A stretch of 19,142 nt of DNA from Candidatus Cryosericum sp. (GTDB taxonomy: Bacteria > Caldisericota > Caldisericia > Cryosericales > Cryosericaceae): contig JBNAWM010000015.1 in assembly GCA_049699855.1 (NCBI GenBank), forward strand, positions 1-19,142. The letters run 5' to 3'. Under the pieces are notes generated by a model. That model had not been told where the DNA came from. It searched no databases and saw only the letters and a program-made list of their open reading frames with translations. The first letter of the stretch is position 1; each line of letters begins with the position of its first letter. The translations under genes were made by a program, and so were the position numbers. This document shows, piece after piece, positions 15,385-19,142 of this stretch.

Positions 15385-16679
15385 TTCTCGAGTCCTTCCG
15401 CGATACCTCCGATCTGCGCAAGAGCCTCGGCCGCAAAAGCCTCGCGATCGATACCCCTCTGCCTGGAACTGGGTTCCATCGGAAGGAGTCCATAGTTGGC
15501 ATTCGTCGGCTGAAAACTCTCCCGCTCCGTGACCACGTAGTCACTGAGAAGTCCCATCATCGTTCGAGTGGTGAAGAGTGGTCGTGAAATGCCGCGGAGA
15601 AGTGACGCCGCATTCAGCGCCGCAATCATTCCCATGGCAGTTGATTCCATATAACCGTCGACACCGCACAGCTGGCCGGCGATCCAGATTCCCGGGAAGG
15701 CCCTCAGCTGCAGGTCAGGCAGAAGAACTGAAGGACCCCGCAGAAACGCGTTCCTGTGGATGAGACCATAGCGGACAAAGGACGCATGCCGAAGCGCCGG
15801 CACCATGCCAAGCACTCTTTGCTGTTCACTGATCGCCAGCGAGGTCTGGAACCCGACGAGTCCAAGGACAGTTCCTGCACGATTCTCCTTGCGCAGTTGA
15901 ATCACAGCAAAACAATCTGCAGGGCGCTCTTTCAAACCAACGGGCCGCATCGGCCCAAATCGCAGAGCGTCGTCTCCCCGCCGTGCAATCTCCTCAACGG
16001 GCAGGCATGCCTCGAAGTACTGCTGTTCGCCGGGCGTCTCGGGCAAGTGCTGCCTCGCATGCTGGAGCTCGTGGACAAATGCATAGTACTCATCTCTCGT
16101 GAGTGGACAATTCACGTAATCCGCAGCATCACCGCCCCGAGAACTCAAAAACGACAGACTGCTGTCCACGGAATCTGCCCAGACAGAAGGAGCAATGGCG
16201 TCGTAGAAGAAGAGATTGTCCTCACCCAGACGGCTTCGAAGTTCTTCAAGCAAAACCGGGCTCGTCAGCGGTCCTGTAGCAATGATGGTCGGCATCGACG
16301 GGTCCAGGTGAGCATACTCCTCTCTGCGAATGGTGATGAGCGGCTCATTCTGGATGCGTTCAGTCACAAGAGAACTGAACTGCTCCTTGTCGACAGCAAA
16401 CGCTTTGCCCGCAGGGAGACGGCTCGCGTCGGCACATTCAACAACAGCCGACCGAAGAAGCCGCAGTTCTGCCTTGAGCAGTCCCCTCGCATCACGCAGG
16501 GCGTCTGATCCAAGGGAATTGCTGCAGACAAGTTCGCCAAACCGATCCGTCTCATGGATCCCAGTGGAGCGCATGGGGCGCATTTCCCACAGTTCCACAG
16601 AAAAACCAAGTCTCGAGAGTGTCAGGGCCGCTTCGCTGCCTGCGAGACCACCGCCTGCAACCCGGATTTCACTCGGCAT
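15372..16679 (-). CDS. trmFO: Folate/FAD-dependent tRNA m5U54 methyltransferase
   Basis: GGGLAGSEAA FAD motif, ELVCSNSLG and YFEACLPVE (both catalytic Cys), IIATGPLTS, FFYDAIAP, LRFGPMRPVGL, VGFQT, AGQLCGVDGY.ES. Confidence 0.95.
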   Translation of the reverse strand: MPSEIRVAGGGLAGSEAALTLSRLGFSVELWEMRPMRSTGIHETDRFGELVCSNSLGSDALRDARGLLKAELRLLRSAVVECADASRLPAGKAFAVDKEQFSSLVTERIQNEPLITIRREEYAHLDPSMPTIIATGPLTSPVLLEELRSRLGEDNLFFYDAIAPSVWADSVDSSLSFLSSRGGDAADYVNCPLTRDEYYAFVHELQHARQHLPETPGEQQYFEACLPVEEIARRGDDALRFGPMRPVGLKERPADCFAVIQLRKENRAGTVLGLVGFQTSLAISEQQRVLGMVPALRHASFVRYGLIHRNAFLRGPSVLLPDLQLRAFPGIWIAGQLCGVDGYMESTAMGMIAALNAASLLRGISRPLFTTRTMMGLLSDYVVTERESFQPTNANYGLLPMEPSSRQRGIDREAFAAEALAQIGGIAEGLEKWTR

Positions 16680-16680
16680 G

Positions 16681-17793
16681 TCAGCAGTGTGCTTCCACCA
16701 GAGCGAACGTGTCCGGACCCTGGCGGAGAACCAGACCTCTCAGCTCGAGACCTGTCAGAATACTGAGAACCTGAGGGGCACTGAGGCCCAGGTGTTCACA
16801 CATGAGGTCGATAGAAGCATACCCATCCTGAATACACGCAATGACCTCTTGCTCCTGGGGCAACAGCGGAATATCGGAGGGCCTATTGCCCGCTCTCAGC
16901 ACCGCCAGCCCGGGGAGTTCGTCAAGAATGTCCTGAAGAGACTGAACGAGTTTGGCGCCCATCTTGATGAGGGCGTTCGTTCCCACATGCAGAGGCGCAT
17001 AGATCGAACCTGGAATGGCGAAGACCTCTCGATTCTGTTCCAGCGCAAAATTGGCTGTCAACAGCGAGCCGCTTTCTTTGGCTGCTTCTACCACGAGAAC
17101 CCCTGCCGAAAGGCCGGAAATGACCCTGTTTCGCTGTGGAAACGTATAGAGCGTCGGCTGGGTGTGGAGGTGAAATTCCGAGATGACTGCCCCGTTGGCT
17201 GCGATGCTCAGCGCCAGGGATGAGTGGGTCGTCGGGTAGATTTCATCGATGCTGGACCCGAGAACCGCGATGGTTTTACCATGTACGTTCAAGCATCCGA
17301 GGTGAGCCGCCTTGTCAATGCCGTAGGCCAGTCCACTTACAACGACAAGACCGGATTCGGCAAGCTGTCCCGCAAACTCCGACGCAGTCCTGACTCCCTC
17401 GGGGGTGGGCTTGCGGCTCCCAACAATGGCAAGGCACTCTTGCAGGAGAACGGAAGGGTCTCCAAGGATTTCAAGGAACAGCGGCGGACGGTAGCATTCA
17501 GACAGTCGCCTTGGATAGCTCTCAGGGCCATCGAAAACGGTGACGAGCGAAGCTCCCAGCTTCTGAAGCTCGCTGATCTCAGCATCGGCCTTCTGAAGGG
17601 CAAGGTCGCGGCTGCTTACAGTGACCCGCCGCTCACCTATGCCGGAGACATGCGAAACAAGCTGGTCGAGCCTCTCTTGAGAAGCGGCCTCGATCTCCTG
17701 CGGCGTCTCGAGGAGACCGGCAAGGTCCCACTTGTGCACGCCAAGGGAAAGGAGATCGAGGGTCAGAGCTGCTCGACCAAGAGCTGAGATCAT
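16681..17793 (-). CDS. dprA: DNA-processing protein DprA (Smf)
   Basis: YPRRL..C..PP, AIVGSRKPT, VVSGLAYGID..AH, FPQRNRVISGLS, VVEAAKESGSLLTA..ALEQNREVFAIPG, C-terminal wHTH (LTGLELRGLV). Confidence 0.96.
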   Translation of the reverse strand: MISALGRAALTLDLLSLGVHKWDLAGLLETPQEIEAASQERLDQLVSHVSGIGERRVTVSSRDLALQKADAEISELQKLGASLVTVFDGPESYPRRLSECYRPPLFLEILGDPSVLLQECLAIVGSRKPTPEGVRTASEFAGQLAESGLVVVSGLAYGIDKAAHLGCLNVHGKTIAVLGSSIDEIYPTTHSSLALSIAANGAVISEFHLHTQPTLYTFPQRNRVISGLSAGVLVVEAAKESGSLLTANFALEQNREVFAIPGSIYAPLHVGTNALIKMGAKLVQSLQDILDELPGLAVLRAGNRPSDIPLLPQEQEVIACIQDGYASIDLMCEHLGLSAPQVLSILTGLELRGLVLRQGPDTFALVEAHC

Positions 17794-17800
17794 GAACTGA

Positions 17801-18160
17801 TCAAGCTGTCAGCTGCTTCTTCGCCTCGGCGACGAGCGTGGCGAATGTCTCCTTGTCATGGACCGCCATATCGGCGAGGACCTTTCGATCCAGCTTGACG
17901 CCCGCCTTCTTCAGACTTCCCACAAACTGTGAGTAGCTGATGCCATTCGAACGGCAGAGTGCATTGATGCGGACGATCCAAAGTGCCCTGTACTCGCGCT
18001 TCTTTTCCTTGCGATTGAAGTAAGCATGACGCTCTGCCTGCTGGACAGCCTCGCGCGCTGCTCTGTAGCGGATAGAGCGTGCTCCGACGTAGCCCTTGCT
18101 GAGCTTGAGTATCTTCTTGTGCCTTCTGCGAATCGAACTTCCACCTTTAACTCTGGACAT
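17801..18160 (-). CDS. rplT: 50S ribosomal protein L20
   Basis: MSRVKGG..RRRHKKILKLSKGY, KKREYRALWIVRINA, LDRKVLADMAV. Confidence 0.98.
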   Translation of the reverse strand: MSRVKGGSSIRRRHKKILKLSKGYVGARSIRYRAAREAVQQAERHAYFNRKEKKREYRALWIVRINALCRSNGISYSQFVGSLKKAGVKLDRKVLADMAVHDKETFATLVAEAKKQLTA

Positions 18161-18172
18161 AGTGAGCCTCCA

Positions 18173-18394
18173 TTACCCCTTGAGATACGGCACAAGTTTC
18201 TTCATGTTGCGAGCGTCAGCGCCCTGAAGAACGCGCTTCTTCAGCATCAGTTTCTTCTTGCCCATGGTCTTCTTGCCGAGTTTGTGTCCATGGTTGGCGC
18301 CATATGCCTGCAGCTTGCCCGTACCGGTCACCTTGAATCTCTTGGCTGCTCCCCTGCACGTCCTGATCTTGGTTACTTTGTTCTTGATAGCCAT
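18173..18394 (-). CDS. rpmI: 50S ribosomal protein L35
   Basis: KIRT.RGAAKRFKVTGTGK...H...K, ending KKLVPY; located between infC and rplT; short N-terminal extension. Confidence 0.95.
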   Translation of the reverse strand: MAIKNKVTKIRTCRGAAKRFKVTGTGKLQAYGANHGHKLGKKTMGKKKLMLKKRVLQGADARNMKKLVPYLKG

Positions 18395-18397
18395 GTC

Positions 18398-18949
18398 CTA
18401 CTCCTTTCCAGGTGCTTTCATTTTGGCGAGTACTTCCTTCGAGGGTTCCATCATCATCGACATGTTGCGGCCCTGCATCTTCGGTTCCTGAGTCACAGTC
18501 CCGTACTCAGCGAGGTCGGCAGCCACCTTCTTGAGCAGTGCGCGCCCCTGGTCCGGGAAAGCCATCTCCCGTCCACGAAACATGATCGTCACTCGAACAC
18601 GGTTCCCGTTGGACAGGAACTCCTTCAGATGCTGGTTCTTCACAGCCAGGTCGCCGACATCAATGCGAAGCCGGTATTTCATTTCCTTCATCTCAACGGT
18701 AACCTGCTTCTTCTTGGCTTCCTTCTGGCGCTTCATCTGCTCGTACTGGTATTTTCCCAGGTCCATGATCTTGCAAACGGGTGGAGTGGCGTTGGGTGCC
18801 ACGACGATCAGGTCCAAGCCCTTCGAGTAAGCAAGCTCAAGCGCAGACTCCGAACTCATAAGCCCAAGCTGACCGTTGTTCTCATCGATAACCCGTACTT
18901 CTTTCCAGCGCACTCTCTCGTTGTAAATCAGATCTGAATCCTTATTGAT
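18398..18949 (-). CDS. infC: Translation initiation factor IF-3, non-canonical ATC start
   Basis: NERVRWKEVRVID..GQLG, GLDLIVVAP.A.PPVCKIMD.GKY.YE, MFRGRE, PKMQGRNM. Strong SD GGAGGTG is followed by an in-frame ATC at 18949; the 19009 start in the ORF track lies inside the leader. Confidence 0.95.
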   Translation of the reverse strand: MNKDSDLIYNERVRWKEVRVIDENNGQLGLMSSESALELAYSKGLDLIVVAPNATPPVCKIMDLGKYQYEQMKRQKEAKKKQVTVEMKEMKYRLRIDVGDLAVKNQHLKEFLSNGNRVRVTIMFRGREMAFPDQGRALLKKVAADLAEYGTVTQEPKMQGRNMSMMMEPSKEVLAKMKAPGKE

Positions 18950-18962
18950 TCCACACCTCCAT

Positions 18963-18998
18963 AACGAAAAATGGCGGCCGCTGTAAAACGGCCGCCAT
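18963..18998 (-). terminator. Intrinsic terminator/attenuator hairpin in the infC leader
   Basis: ATGGCGGCCG-TTTTACAG-CGGCCGCCAT (perfect 10-bp stem) followed by TTTTCGTT, just upstream of the infC SD. Confidence 0.75.
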
Positions 18999-19103
18999 AG
19001 AGTGAACACATGTCATAGGCGAACACAAGGACCTCTTTGCCTGCAGCTTGAGGTAGAAGCCGTAACGGCTTCGTTTTACAGTGGCTCTGCTCTCTCGAGC
19101 CAT
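18963..19103 (-). ncRNA. Structured 5' leader of infC-rpmI-rplT, L20-leader-like attenuator
   Basis: Hairpins TGGCTC/GAGCCA and GAAGCCG-TTA-CGGCTTC, a terminator, and a 13/14-nt segment complementary to the terminator. Its position matches the known L20 leader of Firmicutes. Confidence 0.6.
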
Positions 19104-19107
19104 CCAG

Positions 19108-19135
19108 AGTATACGCGAGTTTAAACGTAAATCAA
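19108..19135 (-). promoter_or_regulatory. Promoter of the infC operon
   Basis: TTGATT-16 bp-TATACT. Confidence 0.65.
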
Positions 19136-19142
19136 CTATGGG

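Noticed and set aside
18950..19009. 20-codon N-terminal extension of IF3 from the ORF track
   Set aside because: Runs through the terminator hairpin and lacks an SD; the SD-linked ATC at 18949 fits IF3 homology.

Overview
Compact, gene-dense bacterial chromosomal segment with no mobile element, CRISPR array or defence island visible. The gene content and order suggest a deep-branching anaerobe, possibly Caldiserica/Cryosericum-like; this is an unverified inference. Almost everything is on the minus strand. In transcription order (right to left): promoter and attenuator-like leader, infC (non-canonical AUC start), rpmI, rplT, dprA, trmFO, PflX-type radical SAM gene. Next is a lone plus-strand three-gene operon (DUF4388/PATAN protein, MglB roadblock, MglA small GTPase) divergent from an M18 aminopeptidase. 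Then an S6:S18 leader followed by rpsF-ssb-rpsR-rplI-dnaB, six tRNA genes in two clusters (Lys-Glu-Val; Asp-Gly-Thr), a K+-dependent, probably Na+-pumping membrane pyrophosphatase, and a cell-wall glycopolymer cluster (LCP, GT2, DUF4330-like, O-antigen ligase/Wzy-like, TuaH-like GT, truncated nucleotide-sugar dehydrogenase). Most striking observation: four of the six tRNA genes encode C instead of a near-invariant U-turn uridine (C55 in Gly, Glu and Lys; C33 in Thr), always in the same 5'-UCCG-3' context. This raises the possibility of an undescribed tRNA C-to-U/pseudouridine editing system or a lineage-specific tRNA architecture.
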